Source: Raillietiella orientalis
Lineage: Eukaryota
Direction of reading: 5' to 3'
Assembly: GCA_036172245.1 (NCBI GenBank)
Contig: JAYWIR010000036.1
Location: 1,984,001 to 2,048,000 of the forward strand
Length of the DNA stretch: 64,000 nt
Part shown: positions 51,602 to 63,938 of the stretch, piece by piece
Layout: the number at the start of each line of letters is the position of its first letter
Position numbering within the stretch: position 1 is the first letter of the stretch
Made by a program: the position numbers and the translations under genes
The notes under the pieces: model-generated
Told to the model about the DNA's origin: nothing
Seen by the model: only the letters and a program-made list of their open reading frames with translations
Databases searched by the model: none

Positions 51602-53805
51602 CTTTTTTTCTTCTTCTTCTTCTCCCTATCGAGCTATCTCTACTTTTTTTTTCCTTTTTCCCGCTTCCAGACTGCCAGATGCTGAAGAAGCAAAGAATAA
51701 GAAAATTACCGTATCTCTCTCCGTCCAGCTCGCAGTTCTCGATTTCGTGGTGCAGCTCGTGAGGTGGGATGAGGGTGGAGTCCAATTCCGAATATCCAGA
51801 CACAGGGAAGCTCATCCCTTTCCTCGTGTTGGCGTACGGATTTTCTGGAAGATGCACAGAATCGATCCCGATGGCACCATTACAGACGACGCCTCGCAAG
51901 GGGGATCACCGCACGAGCTCCGCGGATTCGGCACGCGGTGTGCGGATCCGGAGGGGGATAACTGGGAGTGCCAGAGTGAAGAGGCGGAGGGATACGGCGC
52001 GCTGGGCACGACAGCACTGCGAGAGGGGGGGGGGGAGGGGGGGAGGGATTCATCTGCACGCTGCATCGCGATCGGTCGGAATGTCCCGATCCTTCCTCCC
52101 ACCTTCTTCCAACATCTTGCGCTCCCCTTCGCCGATTTCCACGTGTTGGCTGGAACGCACATCCTCTCCGCTCATCGGGGGAAGGAGGGGGGGGAGGGGG
52201 AGGGAACACAGCTTACTGCACCGGCTCGAGAGTCACGTGACACGGACAGGTGCGAAATTGGTAAAACCTGATTTTTTTTTTTTTTTTTTTCTTTTCAAGA
52301 GAAACGAAAAAAATGAAGGAGTTTTGATTTTGTCAAACGTTTTGCTTGGCTGGCAGCTTTCTTCTTCTGCTGCTTCTTTCCGGATTGTATGTTTGTGTTT
52401 TTCTTTAATTTTTTCCCCCCATTCCTTTCTACCTACTTTCGGCAAAAGGAGTCAACCGAGAACCTCCTCTCTGGATCTCGTTCTCGGCACCACAGACGAC
52501 GACGAATGAGAAGGGTTTGCCCGTGAAAAATCCTGCGGCACGATATCGATCGCACCTCCCAGGCTTTCGTCTGCACGTCCGGCGGACAGGAGTGGCTTCC
52601 GGCGTACGGGAAGGAAGGCGTACAACGCGAGACGTACAACCCCGAGCTGGGCCCGGGCGGGGGAACAATGGGCCGAGAATCGGTCCCTCCTCGCTCCGCT
52701 GACGCAGAGGTAGCCGTTCCATCGCATGCACCGGTCACCCTCTTGTCCTGGACGCCACCGGGAGAAAAGGGAAAAAACAGGTGCTGCGGAACGGGTTCCG
52801 GCACTCGCCGCCGCAGGGCGAGGAGGAGCACGCGGAAGCGCCTTTTGCCCTCGTACCCACCACCGCCAACGCCGCCAACGGACTCGAAAGGGATGGAGGG
52901 CGAGTGCGCGCCAGAACGGAACCGAGACAAAATGTACCTTGCGCCAGCGGCTGAGGAGCCGGGGAGATGCTTTTGTCGCTGGAGGTGGGAGGGGTGGGCG
53001 GACGGTCCAAAGCAGCAGCAGCGGCATCCACTGGGCCGTGGTAATGCTCAGCCGCGCTGTAATGCCCGAAAGGAAAGCTGGGCTGCTGCGGCGGCGGCCT
53101 TGAGATGCCGCGGCCAGGAAACCGTTCGAACTCCTGGGCGGGGTAGGAGCACGGAAGGTACAGGAGCGCGTCGTCTGGAAAACAAGAGGGGAAGGGGAGG
53201 GGGAAGGGGAAAGAAACCAGTAAAAACATGTACGGGCGCATGCGCGCGCGTGCGCGCGGGAAGGGAGAAGGGCGGGCGATGACCGCGGGGGAGGGAGGAA
53301 GAAGAATAAGAATGCGTTCGCCTACCGCTACCGCATCCGGGAAGGCTGGAGTTTCTTCGACCTTCCTCCGGGGACACCGCGTTGGCCGTCGCGTCGTCGT
53401 ACGCTGCGGAGGCGGAAGGAACGCGCCCTTCCGGGCTGCTGCCGAACTCGTGGTTGGGCGGGATGTACCCGAAGCAGTTGCTGTAATCCGACGTCTGCTC
53501 GTCGGGCAGGAGGACGTGGCGCACCTCCCGCACCACCTTCGTCACTTTGGAAACCTGGGAGGAGGGGGAAGGGATTGACAGGTGCAGGAGAAGACGCCGC
53601 TTCGCGGGGCTGGGTGCGGGTAAGACGAGAGGGAGGAAACCTTCCCCCGCCTCGCGGCCCCTGCGCGTACCTGCTGCGTTCTGTGCTGCTTCTGCGTGCG
53701 GCTGACCAGCCGAGGAACGTGACTAGGGTCAAACACGTCGGCGTGCTCGCCGGTGGGAAGAGCGGGATACGACGGGTAGCGCGCCGTGTCTGCTGGGTAG
53801 TTCAT
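40099..53805 (-). CDS. p120ctn: p120/delta-catenin family armadillo-repeat protein (catenin delta-2-like), spliced gene, ~899 aa
   Basis: Exons 53805-53671, 53554-53326, 53174-52938, 52016-51915 (tentative), 51844-51710, 51191-50975, 42428-42275, 42164-42010, 41921-41680, 41616-41218, 41160-41022, 40931-40595, 40485-40408 and 40239-40099. All introns are GT-AG with matching phases and the exons sum to 2700 nt. Family motifs seen: [89 protein letters not shown] and C-terminal DSWV. Confidence 0.95.
40408..40485 (-). CDS. p120ctn: catenin tail exon ([10 protein letters not shown]...SQRP)
   Basis: Acceptor cttttcttttcgcag, donor GTGAGT, 78 nt, phase 0-0. Confidence 0.85.
40595..40931 (-). CDS. 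p120ctn: catenin exon, last ARM repeat and start of tail
   Basis: Translates [12 protein letters not shown]...[28 protein letters not shown]...[20 protein letters not shown]; donor GTGAGT. Confidence 0.93.
41022..41160 (-). CDS. p120ctn: catenin exon, ARM repeat
   Basis: Translates [12 protein letters not shown]...[17 protein letters not shown]. Confidence 0.93.
41218..41616 (-). CDS. p120ctn: catenin exon, insert loop plus ARM repeats
   Basis: Translates [10 protein letters not shown]...[11 protein letters not shown]...[17 protein letters not shown]...NKELI. Confidence 0.95.
41680..41921 (-). CDS. p120ctn: catenin exon, ARM repeat
   Basis: Translates [15 protein letters not shown]...[22 protein letters not shown]; donor GTGAGT. 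Confidence 0.95.
42010..42164 (-). CDS. p120ctn: catenin exon, ARM repeat
   Basis: Translates ELKTVILDE...IIPHSGW...[13 protein letters not shown]. Confidence 0.95.
42228..42250 (+). repeat. (CA)n microsatellite in a catenin intron
   Basis: Read directly; flanked by poly-C and poly-A runs. Confidence 0.9.
42275..42428 (-). CDS. p120ctn: catenin exon, ARM repeat
   Basis: Translates [12 protein letters not shown]...[14 protein letters not shown]. Confidence 0.95.
45750..46250 (-). mobile_element. decayed restriction-like endonuclease region of an R2/NeSL-type element
   Basis: PGDL...HDFDLAF...RVKEFGPL, then in a shifted frame [10 protein letters not shown], resembling PDL...D...KxxKY...PxVVGxLGxW. 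Confidence 0.5.
46330..46840 (+). mobile_element. decayed Penelope-like GIY-YIG endonuclease fragment
   Basis: [14 protein letters not shown] (VYxIxCxDCxxxYVG), then in a shifted frame [12 protein letters not shown]...VL. Confidence 0.6.
47480..48000 (+). mobile_element. decayed RTE-like post-RT fragment
   Basis: [11 protein letters not shown]...KSRIKFF resembles DVxHRI...KxKxY; weak. Confidence 0.3.
48170..49045 (-). mobile_element. tRNA-headed SINE-like repeat, copy D (in the large catenin intron)
   Basis: B box gcgggTTCGAATacc (48969-48985), core caggatgacgctgactgg...ggcactggtg, four ~41-bp subrepeats (~48520-48685), tail homologous to 3305-3395. Confidence 0.78.
50975..51191 (-). CDS. 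p120ctn: catenin exon, first ARM repeats
   Basis: Translates [14 protein letters not shown]...[12 protein letters not shown]...[10 protein letters not shown]; canonical splice sites. Confidence 0.95.
51562..51599 (+). repeat. (GT)n microsatellite
   Basis: Read directly from the sequence. Confidence 0.95.
51710..51844 (-). CDS. p120ctn: catenin exon (NPYANTRKG...GYSELD...GERY)
   Basis: Acceptor catcttccag, donor G|GTAATT; joins in phase to VRYRDPDL. Confidence 0.8.
51915..52016 (-). CDS. p120ctn: tentative catenin exon ([24 protein letters not shown]...)
   Basis: Acceptor ccccctctcgcag and weak donor GTGCGG; symmetric phase 1-1, 102 nt, so it could be skipped without a frameshift. Confidence 0.45.
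52938..53174 (-). CDS. p120ctn: catenin exon (DALLYLP...[15 protein letters not shown]...LAQ)
   Basis: Acceptor ctcttgttttccag, donor AAG|GTACAT, phase 1-1, open frame. Confidence 0.75.
53326..53554 (-). CDS. p120ctn: catenin exon ([14 protein letters not shown]...PGCGS)
   Basis: Pyrimidine tract plus CAG acceptor; phase-1 donor GTAGGC, with an alternative in-phase donor 6 nt upstream; contains a TKVVREVR motif typical of the N-terminal region. Confidence 0.8.
53671..53805 (-). CDS. p120ctn: catenin first coding exon (MNYPAD...KQHRTQQ)
   Basis: ATG at 53805; donor CAG|GTACGC at 53670; joins in phase 0 to [12 protein letters not shown]. Confidence 0.7.
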
Positions 53806-56799
53806 CTCTCGCCGTTCCTCGCGTTACTTCTGCAAGAAAGGGAGGAGGGCGGGGAGAGGGATAACGAAGAAGGAAAGCAGGGAGGGCAGGGAAGATCAAC
53901 GACCACACGCCGGCGGCGGAGGTGCCCAACGCAGAGGATTTGATCGCCGCCTTCCGTCGGAGCGAGACGAAAAAAAAGAACGAGAGCAGGTGCAAAGGGC
54001 ACAACCGAAAAGACAGAAGGGAGGTGAGGGGGAGAGGGAGGAAGGGACAGGAGTTCTCCCTGCACCGGCCACGGTCCACCGCGGCGGAAATGGTACATCT
54101 CGCCGCCGGGGAAGAACCGCTAACCACCTCCGGGGGCACGTATTTCGCGTTCTCCCTGCCTGCCTGCAGCAGCAGCAGCAGCTTCCGCCCGGTCCGAATG
54201 CCCGGAAGAACCGGCGACCGGCGATGCCCTTCGTGAGAGAGGACACGCAAGAGAGGAGGAGGAGGGCGCAGCTGCCTCCTCCGGGGCGCCCGAGCGACGG
54301 TCTCGTGAAGCCCCATGCGAAGAACGCCCGCCCTCCTTTCTTTTTCCTCCTCCTCCCCACCCTCCCAAGGAGGGTCGCCCCCCGAGCGGTCCGGAGCGCT
54401 CCCGTCCTGCCACCCCACGATCCCCTCGGCGAGGATCTCTGCACGGACAGCCACGGAAACTCCGAGGTGCCTGCGGGCAGAGAGGGGAAAAGGAAATGGG
54501 GCGGCGGCTGCCCCTCGACACGGGAGCACGCGGTCCGCCCGCTGCCAGCAGCCCGTCTGACGCGTGGCGAGCGGGAAGGCTCAGCAGAGGCGGGACCTTC
54601 CTCTTGCGATTCCTCCCCACAACGGGGGAACGTCCCCACAAGCATCCCCCCCTCCTTGAGTGGGGTGGGCTCTGCGGTTGAACCCCCCGGTGCCGTTCCT
54701 TCAGTGCCTCGGCGCCTGATCCACCGAAGCGTGAAACCCGAGCGCCGTGACCTCCGAGGGTTCCAACCGCGCGAGGAGACAGCGGCCTTCTCGATACCAC
54801 GCCTTTGCTGCACCCGCGGGCTTGCAGACCGCAGGGGAACGGAAAGGGGAGAGGGGGAGAAAACGGATCCCGCCACTTGCAGGGTCCCCCAGAGAAATCG
54901 GGCAGGTACCGGCGAACAAAGCATAGGGAAGGATGGATGTCGGCCACCCGATCGAGGGGCCTCCTTGTCCGGCAGCCCGCGCGGCTCTCTGAGCGCCCTC
55001 GTCGACGGATGGACGGAGGGAAGAAGAGACACGGAAAAGCACCGAAGTAGGGACGGGAGCCCGGACGGGACATCCCTGGATGCATCCGGCAGCGGGTCGA
55101 GGCGCAAGGAGACGCCCCGACCGTTCTCGAACGGGCGCAGAGGCGCCTCCCGCTTGAAGCAGGGCAGCTGGGAAAGCAGCTGCTCCCCCACTAGTAGACC
55201 CCCCCCTCTCCCAGTGCGGGCCGCTCCCACTGCGGCGCACGGACGGCGCGGGAGAATTGCCGCCAGCGCGCGCGTCCCTGCGAAGGCGCGCCGGCGTCCC
55301 TCCTGTCCCCCTTCAGCCTCCTTCGGTCACGTCCGAGGCCCTCAGCAGAAACCAGGACGAGCAGCTCTTCTGCCATCACGGCGACAGGCAGAGGACGAAG
55401 GAGGCGAGAGAACCGCCTGGACTTCCCCCCCCCATGCAGGCATGTCAAGAGGCTGGTCACCAAGGTGGGAAACACCGAGAACCTGAGGAAGGCGCCGGTG
55501 AGGACCGCGGCTGCCATGGGAACGGTCGCAGAGAGGCGCGGGCATCTGGGCACACTTCTTCGCTCTGCGCTGCTGCTGCTCTTCTGCTGGTCACTTGTGA
55601 GAATAAAAGACCCCGAGACACATTAAAAAAAAAAAAAAAAAAAAAGAAAACTGCATGTAGGCGGCGTGACAACTAGGGCACCACCACAGACGAAATCTGG
55701 CAACCATCACCAGGACACCAGAAGCAACAGCGGCAATAACATCACCAGGGAAACGGAAGCAACCGCGGCGCCACCATCACGAAGGCAAAACGAGGAGGAA
55801 CGGAAAGCAGCGCGGGAAAAGGAAAGGATGGATGGAGAAGAGCTCCGCAGAACCCACTGCAGAACGACCTTTCGCCTTCCGGTGTAACCACACGGGAAAA
55901 AAACAAACACGAGAGGGTGTCCCCACGAGACTGACGTCAAAATCAACATTAGACAACGACGACCTCGCGCCACAAGTCCAACCTCCCCCCCACCTTCCTC
56001 CTTTGCAACTCTTTCGCGGGTTACGAACCGAAACACTCGCAAAAGGGGGCAGTTTGGGAGCACGGTGGGATCTCCCTCGCGCTCCCTCAAACCGTTTCCT
56101 GGAGGAACCTCGCAGGTTTCCCGGAAGCCTTCTCCTTTCCCCCCCCCCCTCCCCTTCCTCCTGGAAGCAAGCGGCGCGCTCCCACAAGATGCGCCCGCGC
56201 TTTTCCCCATGGATCGGGATCCACCGCAGCTGACGCAACCTCGCGGGAGGATCCACCGTCAACGCACCCGTGTGCGGCACGGCACGGCGCCGGCGGATGC
56301 CAGAAGGATTGAGGGGTCACACCGCAACAGCGGAACAGGCCGCGAATCGGCAAGCGGCGAAAAAAAACACGCGGCCTTCCTCCTCCTCCTCCCAGCCCGA
56401 AAAGAACCGCGGGCCGCTGAGAGGGAAGGACGTAAGAGAAGCAGCGCGAGCCTCATCATCATCACGAAAGGAAATCAGTCCGACGTGAGGAGATGGGGGC
56501 AACGAAAGAACACCAGCGTGGACAACACATACACGCTCGCTCTCGCGCGCGCCAGTCGGAAGACTTCAGGGTCGGAAGCGGGTGCTCCAGCACCGACCGC
56601 ACTGGCCGACACAAAAGAGGGCCAGCAGCATCGATTTGAAAGCAGGCTGCCCTCTCGCGACAGAGGCCCACAACCCTGCTGGCGGCAATCAGATGCTGGA
56701 TGCTGACGGCTTGCGGCGAAGGCGTGCAATGAATGCAGAAAGGCATGGGAGGGGAGGGGAGAGTATTCACAGATACTTGGGTGCAAAGCGCGAAGAGTT

Positions 56800-57800
56800 T
56801 TCCAAATAGAGCGGCGCACTTGGACCTGCCGAATGGCTGCTTCTTCGCGAAACGCAGCGACGCGAGGGAGAGCACCAAAGAGGGCCGGCCAGCAAAGCGA
56901 GACGCTGACCGCAATCCGCAAAACCTTTGGTTACTCCAGGAACCGGGATATCCGAGTGGAAGAAACGAAATGGAAGAGACCCGACGGTCAGAAAATCCAG
57001 CCTGAACTGCTGAATCCTCTAGCGGCAGTCTCTGAATCCAGTTACTTGGCCTCAGGGAACTCTTCGTGACACAAGCCTCGGGTGATGGAAACACGACAAT
57101 GAAGCAAACAAAGCAAAAGCGCTCCTACGAGGAACACAGGAACAGGGCGACTTCCGGAAAAACGGATGTGCTCTGCGGAAAGGCTTCTGTCTCGAAGGAA
57201 GAAGAGTTGCAGAGGAGCACTCCGAAGACGCGAAGAGGCGTCTGCACGACGAGTTTCGCTCTACGCTCTCTGGCAAAAAGCACCGAATGCGAATCTGTTG
57301 CCTTAGTGGACGGCAGAAAGAGGGGCTTCTGTTGGTCAACTTTTTGATCTTTGAATTGCCTGAAGCACATTGGAAAAACCAGGAAGTGCCAGTGAGCGCA
57401 TCGAGGATCACGAAAGATTTTCACGCTTGCGATGACGTGCACGCAAAGCGAAAGAGTTCCGCTGAAGAGTTTATTCGAAAGGCTTCCCGCCTGGGCTTGA
57501 AGCTGCCAGCAGCCACCCAAGTGACCTCTGAGGCTGCAATGCACCACGGCGCTCCTTACAGAATAAGACGCAAAGATCGGACGCAAGAAGATCGATAGGA
57601 CCTTATCGTGAAAGGAGGCCGAAAGAAGAGGAAGGGGGGGGGGGAAGATGCGAGCACGAAGGCGAGACAGCGCATCTTGATGATGTCACCCAAAATGCCG
57701 ACCAAATTTCCGCAAGAACGCTGGATTCGTTTGGACGCACACCAGCTTGACAACCATCGTCAAAAAATTTTCAAACACTGGAAACGGTAACAGGGAACCG
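56800..57800 (+). mobile_element. decayed RTE-like reverse transcriptase fragment
   Basis: EQGDFRK (EQxGFR), GRQKEGLL...LIF, HACDDV (YADD) and ASRLGLKL occur in the expected order. Confidence 0.6.
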
Positions 57801-60800
57801 AAGGAAAACACCGACATAAATGGATGTTCATCACATTCGCAATAGGAAAAAAAAAAAAAACGCGAAACGTTTGGGTTCTAATCAAAAAATTCATTTTCTG
57901 ACCCTGATGTTCGAAGGGAAAGGAAGACAAAAATAAATGGATAGATGGCGGTGACACTGACTGCCGGTTTTCCGAGGAAACCAACGCAGCTCAGTTCGTA
58001 ATTTTCGAAAGCTGCGAAAATCCGGAAACCACTCGATTACTTTGCTGATTTCCCACAAGGCAAAAGAAAAAGCTGCCTTCGGCTTTCGAGGCCCAAATTC
58101 GGTCCCGTTTGCATTAGCACGGCAGAGGTCATTCATTTGCCCAGGAGAGGAGGAACGACCGTGCATCCACGCATCGCTTCCAAAGGGGACGCGAACTCGA
58201 CGACCCGGGGCGAAAAGCATCTGCTGCGAATCGTCCGCACCCCGGGAAAAACAGGTCAAAAAAAGGTAGCCCATCCAGCCTCGGGGGGACAGCGTTATTC
58301 AGATCTGGAGGAAGGTGCGTGCAAGGAATCGGCAGGCTACCAAATTTCAACAGCCTGACGTCCGGTCACAGCTCCCGAAAGCCTCGTCTCTACGTGTCAC
58401 TTCGTGACGTACGTGTGAATGCTGTCGGTGAAGCATCGGGCGATAAACACGTTAAGACGTTTTGGGGGGATGCAAGTGGCTTTGGGGAAGGCGCCCGGGC
58501 ATCACCTCCTTCACAGGAAGCGGGAGCGAACCAAAACAGGGACAGACCGGCCGCTTTGGCTGGGACCACGGAAAGGCGGAATGACCTCAAAAAGTCACCA
58601 TCCAAGGGCGAGTTCACACGCATGGCGTTCCCTTGTACGTTTTTCCGTACGCAACCCCATCACACGAGACCGCAAGCGACTCCGCTCGGCCGCTGACCGT
58701 TTCCGAAAAAGCTGCTGCCGCACCTCCTCCGGGCTGGTGCGAAGCCCACGGCGACGAGACGCACAATCCGAAAGCATTCCCCCCCCCCCCCCCCCCAAAA
58801 CCGATGGGTGCCCACCCGGACTACCGCGGCCCCCCGTGCCTGCGACTGGCCGACTGGAAGAGGCGACCAACGCGCTCTGGAAAACGCGGAAAAGGAGGGG
58901 AAAAAAAAAAAAAAAATGCCTTCCACCAGCTTGCACTCGCACGATCATCATGAGCCATGAGCCTCGTATCACCGGCGGAACGGGGAATGATTTATACCGC
59001 CTCAATTCTCCAGGCAACGCTGGAAAAGAAGGGGGGAAAAAGGAAAGGCACTTTCCGGATGTCGTCGTAATTAACTTATCCGCTGCGTAACTGCCGCAGA
59101 TTAAAATAAATTGCGTTAAATATCATGGGAAAGTAATCCGATTGCTCCGCTCGAAGACGTACGGCTCTGCGGTCTGCGCACCGGACTCCCGGCAAGCTGT
59201 GCACAAGGGACAACTGGAAAGGTCCGATGGGCCTATTATATGGAAAGGTTTATTTATATAAATAAACCGCCCCCGGCGATCCTGGATGAAAATCGAAGAC
59301 GTGCCGCGAGAGTGAGCGGACCTGCCAGGCTGGCAGCCTGTTTTCGCGCGTTTCCGCCCCTGCGCACACGAAGCCCCCCGGGGGGGCCTTCTGGGAGATC
59401 ACCGCAGCACACATCGTGTAAAGTTCACGTGGGTGAGCCATTCCACCGATTTCATGGTTTCCAGAGTGCGGGGTAAACGATCCGTCAACGACGCCCGGAC
59501 CGCCCGTTTCTTTACGCATTCCGAACGAAGATGGCGCGGCCGGCATCCCCATCGACCACGGGCTCTCCCGCTTCGAGTTGCTCCGAAAGGGAGTAGGGAT
59601 GGCTGCTTGCGGTGGACTTCGCACCAGCCGGCCGCAACGGAAACCAAGTGGAGAGCGGATCCACCGAAACGAAATGGAGGGGGGGGGGGCAGTAGCAGCA
59701 CCCTTGCGATAGAAACGCGGTGGCTCACGAAGACGCACGGCCAACTCACCCCCGCCACCACCGCTGCTGTCGGTGGAAATCGGAACCTGAAGCCAGAGGG
59801 GGGGGGGGCGTGCTCTCGACGTGAGAGTTCGAAACCGAGACCACTTCCCGTGACCTTTTTTTCTTTTTCTTTTTTTTTTCCGCTCCATCGCCACGTGCGA
59901 ATCTTGAAGGCCCCATGACAGGAGACTGCAGCCGCGAGAGCTTTCCGTCCTCACTTCGCGCCTCGTTACGGAATCGCTCCTCGAGGTGAAGTCTCCGAGG
60001 TCCTCCTGGAGGTCGAGGGCACAGCATCCCAGCAGGCGAAGAGGTCCTGTTGGCACACACAGAAAAGGGGGCGGGGTCCTCCGCCTGCGCAAGCCTCCCG
60101 ACGCACGCTCGTTCCGAGTGCGCGGGCAGCAACCGCGCCGCACGGTCGCATTCCGGAGGAATCGCGCGCGACCGCGGCGCGGCGCTCGCATCGGCGGCCG
60201 TTCGGAGACGAGCGGGCGGTCTGAACACCGCGCAGCACCTCTCCTCCGAGCCGCGAAAGGCCTCCAGGCCCCGAAAAAAAATAACAGGATCCGCGAACAC
60301 AGTTTATCGTGCACGTTTGCACCATCACTCCCGATTTAAAGCTTAAGTGGGAATTTCATGCCTCGTTGGCTTGACCGAACAGCGACGAACGCGCGCTGCC
60401 TGCCCGGGCTGCCGATCCGGGACGGCGTTTTATTCTTTCCACGAATGGTCGTCGAAGAACCGAAAGAATCAGCAGCCACCCGACCGACACGATCGGGAGA
60501 GAGGCGGTTTTTCCCGCGTCTCTGCAAGATCTGTGGACCCACGGATCCGCGTTGCTCGGCCGAGAACTTTCGAAAGCAACAAGAAGAAGCTCGGGAGTGG
60601 GAGCTCCTGGACGTGGGAGCTTCCCCGAGCATCCCTGCCTCCACTTCCGCATGGATCGGGTCTTCACCCTGTGGCCACGTGGAAAATCCACCGGCGCGAA
60701 GGTGTTGAGCAACCCGTTGCGCACTCGCTGCCAGTCGGACACCGTCCACTCCCGAGCATAAGATTCGACTTTCGGATGACTTCCACGATGCCATTATGGT

Positions 60801-62249
60801 CATCGGAAAAGGAAGCTGTGCACGGAAGAAACGTAAATAGCCATGATTATCAGATTTCACGCCAATGTTTGTAAAAAAAAAAAAAAAAAAGAAAGAAAAC
60901 GAGTTTTCAGGCAAGAAAGCATTCGCCATCTTGTTTTTGCCTTTTCCTTTCTTTCTTCCTATGCATTTTATTAATTCTTTGTAAAACAGGCGAGATAAAT
61001 GGAGAGGGGAAAAAAAATTCAAGAGTCGGTGTCATGAAACAGTTATAGCCGTTGGCTGAACGCTAACCTCTCCCGCAGGTTCATTGCGCAAATAGCAAAC
61101 CGTCTTAAAGAATATGTAACACTTCAACTTACTTAAGGAATACGGAAATCGGAAAAGACAACGAACAAGGAAACTCGAGAAGGGCCTCCAGACCCCAGCC
61201 TGCTGAAACCGGGGGGCCGGGGAGGGGGAGAAAGCCCGTGAACATTTCTTGTTCCTTTTTTTCCTTCCGATTTCCGAACACCACACGTCTCGATTTCGCG
61301 AGCTCCTATTGGGGGTGGAAATTCTTACGAATGCACGTCGGAATTCCGACTCGAATTCGCTGCGGAGAGAGAGCCTCGGGATCAACCCATTCGCCGATTA
61401 TCATTATTCTGGACTTCGCACGCTTTCCCGACTCATCTTTCAGGTGGTGCGGATGCAAATAAATGCGCGCAGATATCCTCCGGAGCGAATTCGCACGGAC
61501 GAAACACGAATCGGACGTCTTTTGCGAAGTGGTTCCGCCGAAGAGAGCGGCTTTCCTCATTCCTCCTGCGATTCTGAGCGACCTCTGATGAGCCGCAGTT
61601 ACGAACCTCCATCTCAGGCATTACTGTTCCGGAGCCTGGGCTGCAACACGAAAGCAAAGACGTTCCTTTTTTTTTTAAAGAAAAAAAAAAACATCCTCAC
61701 AAAGAATCAACAGTGCTGTGGTTTATACACTTCTGTACGAAAGGAAGCTGTACAAGGAAGGGGGGGCCCACGAACCCACAAGCGACGTTGTCCGACCGTG
61801 CAATAAATCAGGAAACAGGAATGCCACTCCATTCTGGCATATATTCGCACACGATTTCAATTATAAGTGTCCTCGTACGCAAGCACGGTAATTTACTGAC
61901 TGCACACACGCGAGAACCTCAATTTGAGTCATCACAGATAGAAAAACACACGGAATGACTATTTCATTTTATTCGTGTTTGAATGTGCGTTTGTTAACTT
62001 TAATAAATAAATTTCGGATGGCTTAACCCAAAGCTCCCCCCGCAATTCAACCGGGAAGGAAGAAGAAGGTGCCAACACCATCATGCATGACTGCTGCACT
62101 CGATCAACGACGCAAAAACACACACACACACGTTCTCTGGTTACGAATTAAGCACGAAATACACGTGGCTCAGGCAACTCGACTGATGGTAGTAACTAGC
62201 AATAGAGTTGAATGGGTACTAACGGAAATCGATGGCTGGATGATGCATG

Positions 62250-62700
62250 CTCGAAGATTCGGTGAGAAAGGTCCGGGACGACTCTCCCGTTCTCAAAAGC
62301 AAACCGAGAGGCTGCCGTCCCAACGTCCTTTCTTGCCTGCCGTGTAGCGATGTTGAAAACACTTTTCCCTCTGAGCTCTCTGACCACCACCCTTACCACG
62401 CACGTCCAGCGCTGGCACACGCACCACCGTACGTGACACACATCACGTTCGCGTTGGCTCGGCAACCAGAATAGGAACCTCGCACCATCAACTGCGCCGT
62501 CTTTTCCGGCCGGACAAAAGTGCCAACTTCCAACGCAAACCGCCACCGCTGGCACCCCCCCACTCCCACCCCACCCGGCGACGATCTTGAAGACTGCAGG
62601 GGAAAGAACTGCATCGGGTCCGTCGGGAAGCACCGTCGCGACCGAGCGGCTGCATGCGCGGCAGATCAAACTAAGCGGCTGATGAAGTGGAAAATTATTC
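62250..62700 (-). mobile_element. decayed RT fragment
   Basis: GPDAVLSPAVFKI (QGSVLSPxLFxI), then VRPEKT and VTYGG remnants. Confidence 0.5.
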
Positions 62701-63826
62701 GTAAAACTGCTTGAGAAGGCTTTATTAATTTTCCGTGCTGGGTCGTCCTGCCAGAGGGAGTCTTTCCTGCGGAAGGAAAGCGAGTTTCCACCCCAACACC
62801 CCCACCACCACCCTCTTCACGCTCACTGAAGGGCACTTTCGGCGGAGCCCCCGCCCGCCCCCCACGAACGCCCATCTTGGAAACTCGTAGGGACGAAGAC
62901 GTTCCTTGAAAGGCGACGCGCGCTGCAACCCTTTTTATCACACCTTGCACACAGGTGCACACTTGACGACGAGGCCCTACGAGGACAGTGCCGATAAGAG
63001 ACTACGGCCCATTATTTTCACGGCGGAGCCCCCCCCCCCCCCCGATTTCCCGAAAGAACGAAATCTCGTTTTTTTTTCTTCTTCCTCTCCTTATTCCTTT
63101 TTCCTTGCTGCTGCGTTTGACGGAGGGCTGCAGGTCGACATGAAAAACCGTTTCCAACTTTTTCATCTCGGGAAGGAAAAAATTCCACGCAAAACGCGTC
63201 CTCCGATGCGAACGGTCTCAGACCATAAGAAGCACTTTAAGAGGTTTTTCATTTTCTTTTTTTTTTTTTTTTTTCCTTCTTTTTTTTTTTGTTGCCACGC
63301 ATCTGATGAAATGCGGTCGATGCGAGCCACTTGGAAAGACTCTGCGGATAAACTGTGTCCCGCAAACTGCTGCTTCTTCCAGAGGTCCACAGAGAACCAC
63401 GGAAGACGGCACGACGGAATTTCCTGGGCTAGTCGACCACTCCTAAACACTGGACACGTCCACAGGGATCCGGCATCCTGGAGACGGCTAACGTCCGTGG
63501 TGGAATCCCACGGCAAACAACCAGACCACAGTTGGCCACATCTCCAAGATCCGATGAAAGACAAAGGAAGAAAAGAAAAAAAACACACACACACACAACC
63601 CTCCCATGCCAAAAAGCCCCACTCGTCAAGCATTCGATCCCGTTTGTCCTGAAACCCATAAGAGCAGATACAATCAGCCAGCAGACATTGGAAATGGAAA
63701 CGTGGAGCCAGCAAAAACATCGATACTTCGGGTATCAAGTGTACCTGGACCGTTTTCCGTGGAAGCAGCAACACACTCGCGTGGATGCCGGGAGCACACT
63801 TCCTTCCGCCAGGAAAGCCGTTTCTT

Positions 63827-63938
63827 TGGGGGGGGGGGGGGGAGGGGGGGGCATCCAACGCTGCTGCTGCTGCTGCTGCTCTTAGCGACGCCGTTGGCTC
63901 GGCCACCAACAGCAATCACAACGCGCGCGCGCGCGCGG
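63827..63938. repeat. poly-G, (CTG)n and (CG)n cluster
   Basis: Read directly from the sequence. Confidence 0.85.

Noticed and set aside
53896..55486. Overlapping 444-, 498- and 321-aa ORFs on both strands
   Set aside because: Low-complexity Arg/Pro/Gly/Ser translations expected from high GC content; no motifs.
61249..61806. 185-aa plus-strand ORF
   Set aside because: Spans poly-T and poly-A runs; no recognisable domain or splice support.
63300..63560. Possible CR1/L2-like RT tail (RPLLNTG...W)
   Set aside because: A single weak motif only.
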